64,000 nucleotides of DNA. It comes from Marsupella aquatica (Eukaryota; Plantae; Marchantiophyta). The stretch is from NCBI GenBank assembly GCA_973895155.1, contig OZ316891.1:1975324-2039323 (forward strand), read 5' to 3'. A program made the position numbers and the translations under genes. This document shows, in pieces, positions 49,841-61,659 of this stretch (positions are counted from its first letter, which is position 1; every line of letters begins with the position of its first letter). The notes beneath the pieces were generated by a model. It saw nothing but the letters and a program-made list of their open reading frames with translations. It had not been told where the DNA came from and ran no database searches.

Positions 49841-51863
49841 TTTATGAACAAGGAATCAGCTTTTCACAACAACGTCACTTGGTTTCAAGCCTCCAAAATA
49901 TTCTTTACGCCTATGGAGAGGGAGAGGACGACTACCCCCTCCAGGTCAGTCTTTGTTTCTTTGCTTCAATTACTTTTGGAATTTCTTTGCAAATTGTGAA
50001 TACATGAGCCTCATCGTATTCGGATGCTCCTTGTGTTCATTGCAGGAAGGAGTAGTATCGGAGACTATCTCGGAGTTCGTAGCACCACCAACCCCTACAC
50101 CTGAGACTCTACTCCCAAACTTCATAGCGCCAGTCGCAGCAACAGCACCAGCCCCTGTATCGTGTATATTAGTCTCGGAGTCCTTACCACCACTTGCACC
50201 AGCACCACCAGCCATTGCACCACAGATTGTACTATTAGAGTCGGTACCAGTAGCAGCAGCACGACCACCACCAACAGCCCCTACACCACAGATTGTAAGT
50301 CTCTAAAGTGCAAACTTGGAAGTCATTCAATTGCAATCTAGTCTGAATACTTAAACCCCAATGTCTTTTCACTCCCCTAAGCATTCATTTCATATATTGT
50401 AGGGACAAAGACGAAGGGGAAGGGGTGTACCACTGGAGTCCCCATCCCCAGTACAGAAAGCAGCACCATCCCCTCCAATGTCAACAAACCCCTTCCAGGT
50501 TTGCCTTTGTGTTTTTTGTAAAAACATATGTTTGCAATGCTTTGCAATGTCTGAATACAGCTGCCTCATTGTCTTCGCCGTGCACTGCAATTTCTTCATT
50601 CTAGAGACGGAGCGGAAGGACAAGTGGAGGGGTCGTAGCAGTGGAATCACCAGCACCAGCCCTCGCACCATGGATTGTAAGTCTCAGAAGTGCTTACTTG
50701 GAATTCGTGCAATTGCAATGTAGTCTAAATACTTCAACCCCAATGTCTTTTCACTCCCAGGTTTGCCTTTGTGTTTTCGGTAAAAACATTTGTTTCCAAT
50801 GCTTTGCAATGTCTGACTACATCTGCCTCATTGTCTTTGGTGTGCACTGCAATGTCTTCATTCTAGAGACGAAGTGGAAGGGCTCCTGGAGGGGTTGTAG
50901 CAGTGGAATCACCAGCACCAGCCCTCGCACCACAGATTGTAAGTCTCAAAAGCGCTTACTTGGAAGTTTGAATACATCACCCTAATTGTCTTCTGCGTGC
51001 ACTACAATTTCTTCATTCTAGCCCATGCACGGGAAAGAAATTTGATATAGGTCAGCCTGGTTTGCCTTCCTGTACAAGGCCACATTCCTTTCTATTCATA
51101 TTACTTTGCAGGGGTCACAACTACATTTTGACTCAACTTACCGTTGCCTCACAACAGGCTAATCTCGACGTATGAAACTCTAAATGGAAACACGGAATCC
51201 CCAAGGTAAAATTGGCAACATTCTGGACGTCTATATTGACGTGGTTTCTTACGTCGTCTCACACAACGCACATTGCCACACCGCCAACGTGGTTCTTTGT
51301 GTGCACGACATCCTATGCATCGTTAGAGTACTGGGCTAATGTAGATTTCCATGTCCATTGAACGTCGCACGGAGTGACGTTAATACAAACAAAACGTCGT
51401 GATTGACGACGTTGACTCCCTCGTATAAGACAACGTCAGTGTTTGTAACGATGTCTGGGACACCGTTCCGTTTGATGTAATGTGAATTCGTTCATTGGTT
51501 TACGTGGTGTGATAAGACGTTGTTATCATATATCGATGTCATGAACGACGTTGTGTGAAAGTGGAAGACTACGTCTGGGTCATACCTTGTGAGATGCTTG
51601 GTAACTTTATGAATGAACGACGCCCCGTATATTATGTCGGACCCTGCCATACAACCTTATTGGAGGTTATAAACACACTTAAGCTAGGGTTACAATGGGG
51701 TGAGCATTATTTGGGTAGGCAGTTGGGGTTTAGGGATACACATTCAATATGCATATGGTATAGACGTTGTAATCCGCGAAAAGTGTCGTATTGGATAATA
51801 TTGTTATGGGCCAAATATGTACAAAATGGAGGATGAAGTCGGGCAAGTAAAATAGGCTATACC

Positions 51864-54026
51864 CTAGTCACGCTCAGTCCGCCTGGTATCACGTCCAGAC
51901 CTGCGTGTAGAAGTGGGTTGTACGCCTCTCGGGCGCAACTCGTACCTGGAGTCATCCTCCTCTAAGCTAGTGGTACTGGGGGACAACGTATCTGCCTGTG
52001 TTGCAGCCCTATGAGTAGTCACTGGCCTACTCCCCTTACTGTGTGGAGGTCGCCTAGTGTCATCCCTCCTCCTCTCCCTCTCCCTCCCCCTCTGTCTATC
52101 TGACCTATCTCTCCCTATCTCCCTCTCTCTCCCTCCCTTGGCTCTCTCTCTCTCCCTCCGGCCTTGGCCACTAGTACGCCCCCCATGAGTCTCTGCCTCC
52201 TCCTGCCCGCAATCTACGTGAGCCTCCTCCTGCAAACCCTCCTCGGGCGGTACCCTGGCTGGCAAGTGATCCTCAGGGATGGCCCGTGCAACCAAGCCCT
52301 CCGGAGGAGTCCAATCCTCCACCTGCATGATAGCATTCTGGTCAGTTAATGTCACAGAGTAGGCCTAAAGTCAACTACAACCTAGCAATCACTTTAGCTC
52401 TTACCCGGTGATCCTCCGGGACTGAGGCCAACTTGGCCCATAGCGCTGCCGGGCCATACCGTTTCGAGTACAGCCGCTCCTCCTCCGACGGCTCGGCATC
52501 GACACCAAACTTGCGTTTCTGCGAGAAAGCAAAAGAACGTCGTTCCTAAGCACGTATTCAACCCTCTCAGCATCGGTGCTAACGTCGTTCCATGCGTTGC
52601 ATATCTAGTTAACGTCGCTCTAACGACGTTTTCACTAAAGCGGTACATGTAACGTCTCAAGGACGACGTTCTTCCTAAGGTACGTCTCAGATGAAGTTAC
52701 AAATCAAAGTTAACGTTGTTATGGACAACGTTATGAATGAATCAGGCGACGTAATTTCAAAATCTCGACGTTACACTATGGTTTACACCGGAGCAACGAA
52801 ATGAAAATGTGGAAGTTGGGTCCGAGACTTACGTAGGTTGCAAGGAACCCTCGCCATCCTCCTTGCCCCCAGAAATTGGTTACTAGAAGGCGTCCGCTAT
52901 TCTTTCGAGCTGCAGTGGCTTTGTCACCCATGTGCACTCGTTTTCCTACTGGGGTGTCTGGGGGTGCTTCAAGTTCAGACACGATCAAGTTGAAGTCCGA
53001 CTTGGCCATCCCTTCAGGCTTACGGTACTGCCCTGTCTTCTCGCATTTCATTGCTCGGACCTTGCTTCTCCACCTGAATCTTCTATCAGCAAGGAAACTC
53101 ACAATCTTCTGCCTGATGTGTCGAAAATCAATCTCTCTGCCATTCTTGAATCCGGCTTGTATGTCATTGAGGAGTACTTGAAACTTCTTTGTATTGTGCA
53201 CGAGGTCCTTCCAAGTCGTCCACCCAGGGCAGTGTTTCGTACAGCAGACCTGCACTCGATTCGTTAGCGCCTTCTCATCAAGCACCTCTGGCTTCGCATC
53301 AAAAGCAGCCAGGCTGATGACCGGCAGTTGTTCTTTGCTGGCAGGAGTAGCAACGGTTCGGTGAGGAGAAGCTCGCCGATGACCTCCTCCGATTGAATGT
53401 GAATGTCGATGTGACCTTCGACCTCTCCTATCTCTGTCCACCCTCAAATCTCGTTCAGCCCTTTTTCTCTTGTGTGTGCTGCGGCTGTCTCTTTCTCTGC
53501 GCTCCTTTCCCTTCCCCTTTTTTTGTCTCCTCTCAATGCTACTATTGCTACTCAAAGAACGGGAACGACGTCGCCTTCTGTGTGTCCGCAACTCTGTACT
53601 TGAATCATCAGGCTCATATCTCTGAATCCTCACTTGGCTCTTGATGGGAGTAACACAAGGTGGTTGTGAATCCGGCTCCATCCCAGAGAATGAGGGATAG
53701 TCCCAGACTGAGTCCATCAAGGGCGGGAAGGAAGCAAGAGGATCAAGTGATGCCCCCGGAAGGTCGCGCAAGAACTCTGGTGCTTGAATGTCGGGCTCAA
53801 CGTTGGATGCTGGAGCGTTCTTTTCTATGTTCTGAAGGTATTCCAAAAATCGTGACTCCTTCATCCCAGTTCCTCCCATGAATTGCCAACTCTGATTGAA
53901 AGCATCAATCAGTGAATGTGCTGACCGCAAAGCTGTTCGAACCTTCTCCACCTCCTCTGGGTCTTCCATGGAAACTTTCACAGCATCAAAGTTGATACTG
54001 AGGGGCAGATAAGCTGGACGTGACAT
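51864..54026 (-). CDS. CACTA-2 TnpA/Ptta-like accessory protein; exons 54026-52833, 52518-52405, ~52322-51864
   Basis: WKDL...FKNGREIDFRHIRQKIVSFLADRRFRWRSKVR...KPEGM...NFWGQGGWRGF is homologous to the CACTA-1 minus-strand gene; phase-0 GT-AG introns. Confidence 0.7.
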
Positions 54027-54544
54027 TGAGGCGAGACTTGGAGCAAATGTAGATGACCTTCACAAAGATTAGAGCTTCACTAGAGCTTCACTAGAGCCAC
54101 GAACAGAACAAAACACTAGATGTGGGGTGAGGTGTGTGCGGAATGGTCGAATGACTCACATTCGACACTATGCCCCGGTATTTTCCGAATAGAATGCGGC
54201 AGAGTTCGCAACAATGTGTTTCCGCCGTTCTCTGTCTATTTACGTTGTTTTTCACGACGATGCCCTAATTGATCGATTAGTAATACGTTGTGCTAGACGA
54301 CGTTTTCATTTAAACGTTGTTCTGTACATCGTTAAAAGGTAGGGTTTACTGTAACGTCGTGTGGGGTACGGTACATGACGTAGGGTTTAAGAAATACGTC
54401 GTGTATTGTGTTCTCGGCGACGTAAAGTGAAAGTACTTTGTTTTACTTGACGTAAATATTGTGGTACTATAGTGGTCCCGACATTCCATTTCCAAGGCTG
54501 AGTTTGCAAGTTTGCGTGTATATGTGTGTGTACTATTGCAGGCC

Positions 54545-57500
54545 ATGGCCTCGTGCTCATCGGAGTGGTCATCTGATGATCGCTATGATGGAGGTGCACA
54601 TCACCGAGACAGGTACCGCTCTCATGATAGGGGGAGGGAGAGGAGGAGGGAGCACTCACCTGCGAGGTCGAGATACCACTCAGTCGAGAGGAGGAGGGAC
54701 TTATCATCTGATAGGAGCAGGCACCATTCGTCTGAGAGGAGTTGGGATCAGTCTTCAGATAGGGAGTACCGATCTAGGGATCATCGACATCGGGAGCGAC
54801 GAAGGCATAGGAGGTCCCATCGATAGTCCCACCGCCACCGCCGGTCCAGGTCTCCCTCTGATGACCACACACCCCGACACCGATCACCCATGCCGGAGGA
54901 TGAGGATAGGTTTGGAGAGGCCATGGCTGCCCTTCAGGGGATTGGCCCAGTCCGAAAGATGCCCTGCCCATGTAGTAGATGCAAGGGCGTCGTCTCCCAC
55001 GAGAGGACCACTGTCCTTAGCCATTTAGGCCTCCACGGCCGTTACGTACCCCCGACACATCAGGTAATTCATAAACCTTTATTGACACTATTCAATTCAT
55101 TAAGTCCTTATTTTTGAATATAACATGTTTGGGTTTCTTGAGTTTCTTGAGTGTTTAGTTGGAATGGTTTTTTCCCTGATTTCTGAAGTTCTCTTGTTCA
55201 CATGTGAAACAGATTTTGTGTGTGGTCTCTCCGCCCTTGGACCACATGAGACAGGTTGCACGTCGCGCGCTCACAGCACTAGTTCCCCCATCAGCACTCG
55301 ATGCCACGTTAAGGGCAATAGACCGTGTTTTTGATAGGAGGAGGAGGGTCATTCGGAGTCACCCTATTGAGAGGGGAGTAGAGGTCACCACTAGACCTCG
55401 GTCCATTACGTCTCGTACCCCTAGGACGGTGCCGCCACACTGTCCTTTTCTTGATGCCTCTTTTTCCCGAGCACCAAGAGAGTTAAGAGGGAGAGCCTTG
55501 GACATCATAAAGGACTCATTCCCAACCCAGTTTGGCCTCCCTATGGTCCTGCTTGTTCGGGAGCCTATTGTAGTTTGGGATAGGCCATGGGTCCTCCTCC
55601 CATCCACATTGGGAGACGACGTAGGTCTTGGATTATTTGCACTTGTGGATATTGTGGTGCCGGAAGGTTGTGCACCTGAGGACCTGCCCGAGTTGATTCC
55701 ATTTTATGGGCCAAAGTATTCGGCCCATAGATGGCGTATCTTGTCTCGCCAATGCCCAACCTTTGGTCGGTATGGCATGTCACTAAAGTTGGACCCTAGG
55801 TATACTCAGATGGATGGTTACTCCCCTCGTACTGGAAACTTGGCGGGTTACATCAATAGCACAGTGGGGTGTCGGCGTTTGGGGTTCCGCCCCAACGCTG
55901 AGTGGCATGAGTACCATGACCAGAGTCACCCTCGTTTGCCCTTGGGATGCAGTCACTACATCCTGACACATGCCACCCACACCATTCGAGCAGGGGATGA
56001 GATATTTGTAGACTATGATTGGCATTGAAGATTATATATGTTATTGATCACTTATTCATTACTCAGAGTGAGACTTATATTGGATTCTTTGACCTTCATT
56101 ACCTCATGCACTATTGGGAACACATTGTCTAATTTGGGGATGACCTTATCTAATATTGACGTCTTGCATAGGATGGTCCAAATATAACACCTACACCTCA
56201 TCCATCGATGATGACGGAGTCAGCCCATTCGTTCCACATGCGAGCCACATTATCTTTTTCTGACGACGAAGATGTTGAGAGTGATCATGTGCATGAGGAC
56301 GAGGATGTGGACGAGGATGTGAATGAGTACCATGATGCACATGATGACGATTTTGATGAAGATGTAGAGGATGATATGGATGCACCTATTCTTGAAGAGG
56401 ATGCTTTTGCGCACCTTGTGGACATCCACTTTGGACCTCATGTACCTGAGGGTGACCCTCCTGTCATGGAACTAGACAAAGATGATTGGGACCAATTGGA
56501 AACTGAATCCAGGACTCCGCTATTCCAGGGTTCCCCGACCTCACGGTACATTTCTCTGAGGTGCTATTATAGTTTTTCTACTGTAATGTTGCTTAAGGGT
56601 GTGCATAAACCCTAAGTCCCCAATTGGACCATCCTCAATGGCATGCCTTAAACTAATTAAAAAGCTGGTTTCTTTGTGGTTTTCAATGCAAATGCAGGTT
56701 GGGAGCCACACTCTTGATGTTGAATTTACAGGGGGTTTTCAATGGATCAGATGTCCATACAGATGCACTCTTTGCGTTGTTCCACAACAAACTCTTGCCT
56801 CAACCTAACAACCTTCCAGGAAGTGTGAGGGAGGCTAAGAAGTTGTTATCATCTATCGGACTGGCGTTAGAGACTATACATATGTGCCCTCATGGGTGCA
56901 TCTTGTATAGAGGACCGTACTTGGACCTCACCCATTGCCCAATTGAGCGATGTGGCCTTCCACGGTATCGTCCTGATACCATTGGAGACAAGATTGCTGA
57001 GAAGGTAATGACGTCCTCTCTGTACCACATCTGTATTTTAGTAATTTTTTACGTACTTTACGGCATTTTGTGTCCCTTAACGTTGCCCTCGTGAGTAGTA
57101 CGTCTTTCAACTAGAAGTAAATAACCCTAACGTCTCCCTTGTGATTTTTACGTCTTTCCATACGATGTTTTTTAGTCCAACGTCGATTTTTGCAACGTAA
57201 AAGTTTAGAGAACGTAGATCTGCTCAACATGAAACTATAACGTCGTTCTGGACAATGTTCACTTTTAGGATACGTAGTTATGTTCAATACAGAAGTAATA
57301 CGTCGTATTGAACATTGTAAAGATTTTTGGAACGTAGTTATCGTCAACGTATTTGTGATGTTAACGACGAAATGCCGCCTCATGGTTGTTGTACATTTCA
57401 GGTACTGAGGTATTTTCCAATCACACCCCGATTGCAGCATCTATACCGGCGAAGACACCTATCCTCCCTACAGACTTGGCATGCCGAGACCAAATCCCCA

Positions 57501-60462
57501 GCAGGGATAATGCGGTATCACCAAGATAGTCCAGCATGGAAGCACATTGATGCCACATGGCCAGATTTTGCTGCAGAGCCACGGAACGTTCGGTTGGGGT
57601 TGGCCATAGATGGGGTAAACCCATACAAGCAGCGACGGAAACCAAAGTCCATTTGGCCAGTTCTTTTGATAAATCAGAACATCCCTCCATGGTTGGCGAT
57701 GAAAAAAGGTCATGTTCTCCTCCTAGCTATCATTCCCGGTCCCGAGGCTTGCAAGAATCCAGATGTTTGCTTGGCCCCAGCTTATGAAGAGCTACATGAC
57801 TTGTGGGAAATTGGGGCTCCAACAACAGATGTCACCCGTGCACCGGACAATGGGAGGACATTCAACATGAGAGTCATGATCACCCATTGCACCACTGATG
57901 GGCCCGGTAATTCAAAAACCTTACAAAATGTGATTATATTGTGCTAAATGACTTTATGTCTTCATTTGGCTTCTTTTATTGTGGGAATATGATGGGGTTT
58001 CCTTGGCAGGCATGGGCACAATATCAGGCTTGAAGGTGGCTGGGTACTCAGGTTGCCCTTCATGTGGCCCTGAGTTGCATGGGAGGTACTCAGTACTATT
58101 GCACAAAACCACATATGAGGGCTGCAGGATGAGATTGTCAATGGATGACCCCATGCGATGTAACACAAGACATTGGGCACAGACTGAGTTAAGACCATGT
58201 CCTAATGCGCCTTCAGCAGAAGCTCAAATTCAAATGGCAGAGATGGTGGAGGCTAAGCTGCTGAAACCCAAAGATTGTGGAGTAAACCGACGCTCAGCAT
58301 TGTGGGACTTGCCTTATTGGAGGGTAGGTACAATACACCTATCAAATGTTGTGTATAGATTTTTTCATCAACTCTCATAATGCTAGAGTTTTTCACTTGA
58401 TTACCATGTTGTGCAAGCAGATGCTCAAGATCCGGTGGCTACTGGACCCCATGCACATTGAAGTGAATGTCGCAAAGAATTTGGTGAAGCACATGTATGG
58501 TGAGAATGATACTCGTGGAGTTCGTGTGGATGCAAAGAATGTAGGAGTTGTGAAGAGCTGTTGGATATCAGGTACATGATAAAACATCGATCAACCCTTA
58601 ATTTGTAAGAAGTTGCCCGGATTTGCCTGAAACCCCAAACCCTAACAAGTTGATTATCTTTAATTATTGGACAGCACGTACTGGGGTGACACCACCAGCC
58701 CCTTGGATTTTGCCTCGAGACATTCTGAAGGATGTGAATGGGATGATTTGTGAGATGAAGTTCCCGAGCCATTACGGAGCTGGATTCCGTGGGTGCACAA
58801 CGAGGAATGAGTACATCCCCCCGATAGGGTTGAAGTCCCACGATTATCACAAGTTGATACAGCATGTGCTCCCTGCAGTGTTGCGTTGTTGCGATGATTC
58901 TAGAGAGCGCCACCTACTCCGACTCACAGTGTACGAGTTGTGCTCCATTTTCAGGTTGGAAATATCTTACTCGTGGATTTTGTGGTGTTATGGGACCATA
59001 AATTTATGGTGTCTCAAACGACATTCTAGAGAGGATACGTAGTCTCTTAATACTTTACGTCATCTATAACTAGGTAACGTAAAAATACGACTCCACATAC
59101 GACGTATTCAAGGTCGTATAAGTCACCCCTCTTCAGGAACGTCCTGCAGAGCGACGTTTGTAGGAATCTTAGTAGAGGGAATGTTAGTAGGCATTGAATT
59201 GGTAACCATCTTAGCCCACTTTCAGATTGGGCGGTGATATTTATTCCTGTCATGTTTTTGAGTGCCTCATAGGTGGGTATGTGCCAAGGAGATCAAGGAG
59301 TCAGAGATTCCTTTGATGAGGGAGAGGACGGCGCAAGTGATGTGAAATTTGGAGCGAGTGTTCCCCCCAGCACTGTTTGACATGCAAATGCATTTGCTAT
59401 GTCACCTGGTGGATGAAGTTGCCATTGCAGGCCCAGTCCATGCCCGATGGATGTATTGGGTTGAGCGATATATGAAGGTGCTCAAGGGTTGGGTGCGTCA
59501 ACCCGCTCGACCTGAGGGAAGTATGGCAACAGGGTTCATTATGTCAGAGTGTCTTTTCTATTCCGGGGGGGTGATAGGGAGTTTGGATAGCAAAGCTCCC
59601 ACAACTTGGGAAGAGGCACAAGATGATGACAATGGTGGGCTGCGATTGATGGGTGCGGCCAAGAAGCGATCATTGGATGATGACATCTTTCGTCGACAGA
59701 TCCATAATTATGTGTTGGGGAATCGACCGGAGATGTCTGATTGGAGGGAGATGTATAGGTATGGTACTCTAAAATTTTAATCGATTGTGAATTGGATTTG
59801 AGAAGGCTACAAATCTCTAACAATCTTGTGACAACGTATTTGGCAGTGCATGGTTGGAGCTTCAAGTGGGAGTTGCGCAAGCAGGTCGTGGCATTGCATC
59901 ATTTCGTGTCTGGGCTTTGGAGCGCATGGAGAGGCTCTTGGCTGTGCATGGGTCTACATCCATTCCCATTGATGTACAAAACATCATTAGAGGGCCAGGG
60001 ATGCGGGCCACGACTCATACACACATGTATGAGTCAGGGCATCACTTTCGGACTTGGAGGACAGACCATATGAAGAAGAGTACTTGTAACTCTGGAATCT
60101 TCATGATGACTGATGTAGATGATGTAGAGGTTCCTTATTGTGGGACAGTTGTGGACATTTTAGATGTTCATTTTGGGTCATTTGTCACCACTGTACTAGA
60201 GGTGAGGTGGCACAAGTCGATCATGTCACCCCCAGCGAGAGCTACGATGGTTGCGGATGAGTGTGGTTTTTATCGCGTGGACACAACCCGAGTTGCACCC
60301 ACAGGGACTGAGTTTAGTGAGACCATAGTTTTTCCTAGCCAGGTGGATTAGTGCATTATGGTTCCGATGCAGACCATGAGAGGATGGTCCATTGTCATAC
60401 CAATTTTCCCTCGGCGAAGGAAGGGCTTCATGGCATCTGTCCTTGCAGACGATGCGGACTGA
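54545..60462 (+). pseudogene. CACTA-2 TnpD transposase; exon 1 54545-55063, then 56172-56545, 56698-57004, 57402-57906, 58010-58323, 58421-58571, 58675-58954, 59273-59758, 59847-60462; stops at 54824, 59343 and 60349
   Basis: Exon 1 has an RS-rich tract and CPCSRCK...VLSHLGLHG (transposase-associated Zn motif); IHMCPHGCILY, RLGLAIDGVNP, LDPMHIEVNV, LKSHDYH, FDMQMHLLCHL, GPVHARWMYWVER and YCGTVVDI; splice phases are consistent. Confidence 0.92.
55255..56028 (+). CDS. CACTA-2-encoded SET-domain protein (terminal exon nested in TnpD intron 1)
   Basis: STLGDDVGLGLFALVDI, IPFYG, MDGYSPRTGNLAGYINSTVG...PNAEW, HATHTIRAGDEIFVDY; phase-0 acceptors at 55254/55255 (or 55212/55213); uninterrupted frame. 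Confidence 0.85.
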   Translation, partial: VARRALTALVPPSALDATLRAIDRVFDRRRRVIRSHPIERGVEVTTRPRSITSRTPRTVPPHCPFLDASFSRAPRELRGRALDIIKDSFPTQFGLPMVLLVREPIVVWDRPWVLLPSTLGDDVGLGLFALVDIVVPEGCAPEDLPELIPFYGPKYSAHRWRILSRQCPTFGRYGMSLKLDPRYTQMDGYSPRTGNLAGYINSTVGCRRLGFRPNAEWHEYHDQSHPRLPLGCSHYILTHATHTIRAGDEIFVDYDWH

Positions 60463-61098
60463 CACTATCCTTCACACCCTCCATTTATATGTATTGGCTA
60501 TGCCCACCTTCCACATATATATTGACATATGTTTCGACGTTTGAGATCTGGCAAACTGGAGGGAGAGTTGTGCAAAGTTTCTTCTTTCCTCACTTTATAG
60601 CTAAGAACACATTAAAAAGCATTAAACCTCGGCCTTCGAACAACCTTCAATGGGTCCTAGCACGTAAACCCTTATCACGTAGGCCAATTGACACTTCGAA
60701 CTTATTAACGTCAACTTCAACGTCATTAGACAATCAAAGGTCCCTTATACCCATAATGAAGACGTTAATCTATAGTTACGTCGTAGATACGTTGTACAAA
60801 CGACGTATACATAGTACGTCCTTGGTTTACCTCGTAGTAGACGACATAGATTGTGTTACCGTGTCTTAAACGACGTAAACGTTTATTTAACCATTCTTCT
60901 GATGACGTTCAAAGTTTCAATCGACGTTACTCACAAAACACATTACAAATATAAATTGCCTGGGAGGGACTTTTTATTCATGCGCTCAAAAACATACAAC
61001 GTGCACATAAGGCATGAGTCTGACTCCAGTCTAAACTGATTCCAATCCTAGGCAAATGATGCTCCTCCGTCTCCAGCTGACCTTGGCACTAGTGTAGC

Positions 61099-61659
61099 TT
61101 AAGGGGTCCCTTCACCAGACCAGTAGTACTCCTCATCTGCCTTCCTCTTTTTGTACGAATCATGCCTATTGCTGGCGTTCCATTTCTTGCGGACCACTGC
61201 TTCACCAACCTTCAGCCTTTCAGCCTCAATCTCAGCTGCACAGCTTTCCTTGTAGTCATACATCACAATATCAAGTTTAGTCGGTGACAACTGACATTTA
61301 GCCAACTTTGGTGGACAAGCCTCACCATCATCATCCTTGGGCGTATCGTCCAGCATCAAATCGTCCCCTGGATGCAGCAAAAACTCTTCTGGGTCCAACT
61401 CCTTATTGCCCAGAATGGAGTACTGTACCCAACAAATCGAGATGAAATGCACGGACTCTGCAAAGTGCTCGATCAATCCAGGATAGTCACTGAAGTGCTC
61501 TGTGACTTGTTTCCAGGTATTGGCAAGCAAGTATTCCGTCTTTGAGTTACAAAACTTGTCTATCACACCTCCACGACAAAAAAAGCCACGAACAGTCTTG
61601 TCTTCTTCACCTAGCGGAAGAAAACAACAGTGGACATCCTTGAATATCTTACGTACCAT
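61099..61659 (-). CDS. CACTA-2-borne single BRCT-domain protein (186 aa)
   Basis: ATG at 61659; IFKDVHCCF...RGGVIDKFCNSKTEYLLA...HFISICWVQYSILGNKELDPEEFLL fits the BRCT pattern (F-x-G/D, GG turn, T-x-LI, W-V-x-x-S-I, terminal aromatic). Confidence 0.7.
   Translation of the reverse strand: MVRKIFKDVHCCFLPLGEEDKTVRGFFCRGGVIDKFCNSKTEYLLANTWKQVTEHFSDYPGLIEHFAESVHFISICWVQYSILGNKELDPEEFLLHPGDDLMLDDTPKDDDGEACPPKLAKCQLSPTKLDIVMYDYKESCAAEIEAERLKVGEAVVRKKWNASNRHDSYKKRKADEEYYWSGEGTP

Noticed and set aside
51000-51010. CACTACAATT as the left end of CACTA-2
   Set aside because: It is a variant of the host intron repeat gtgcactgcaatttcttcattctag. It has no matching right TIR or TSD, whereas 51116/62168 gives a 13-bp TIR plus a GGT TSD.
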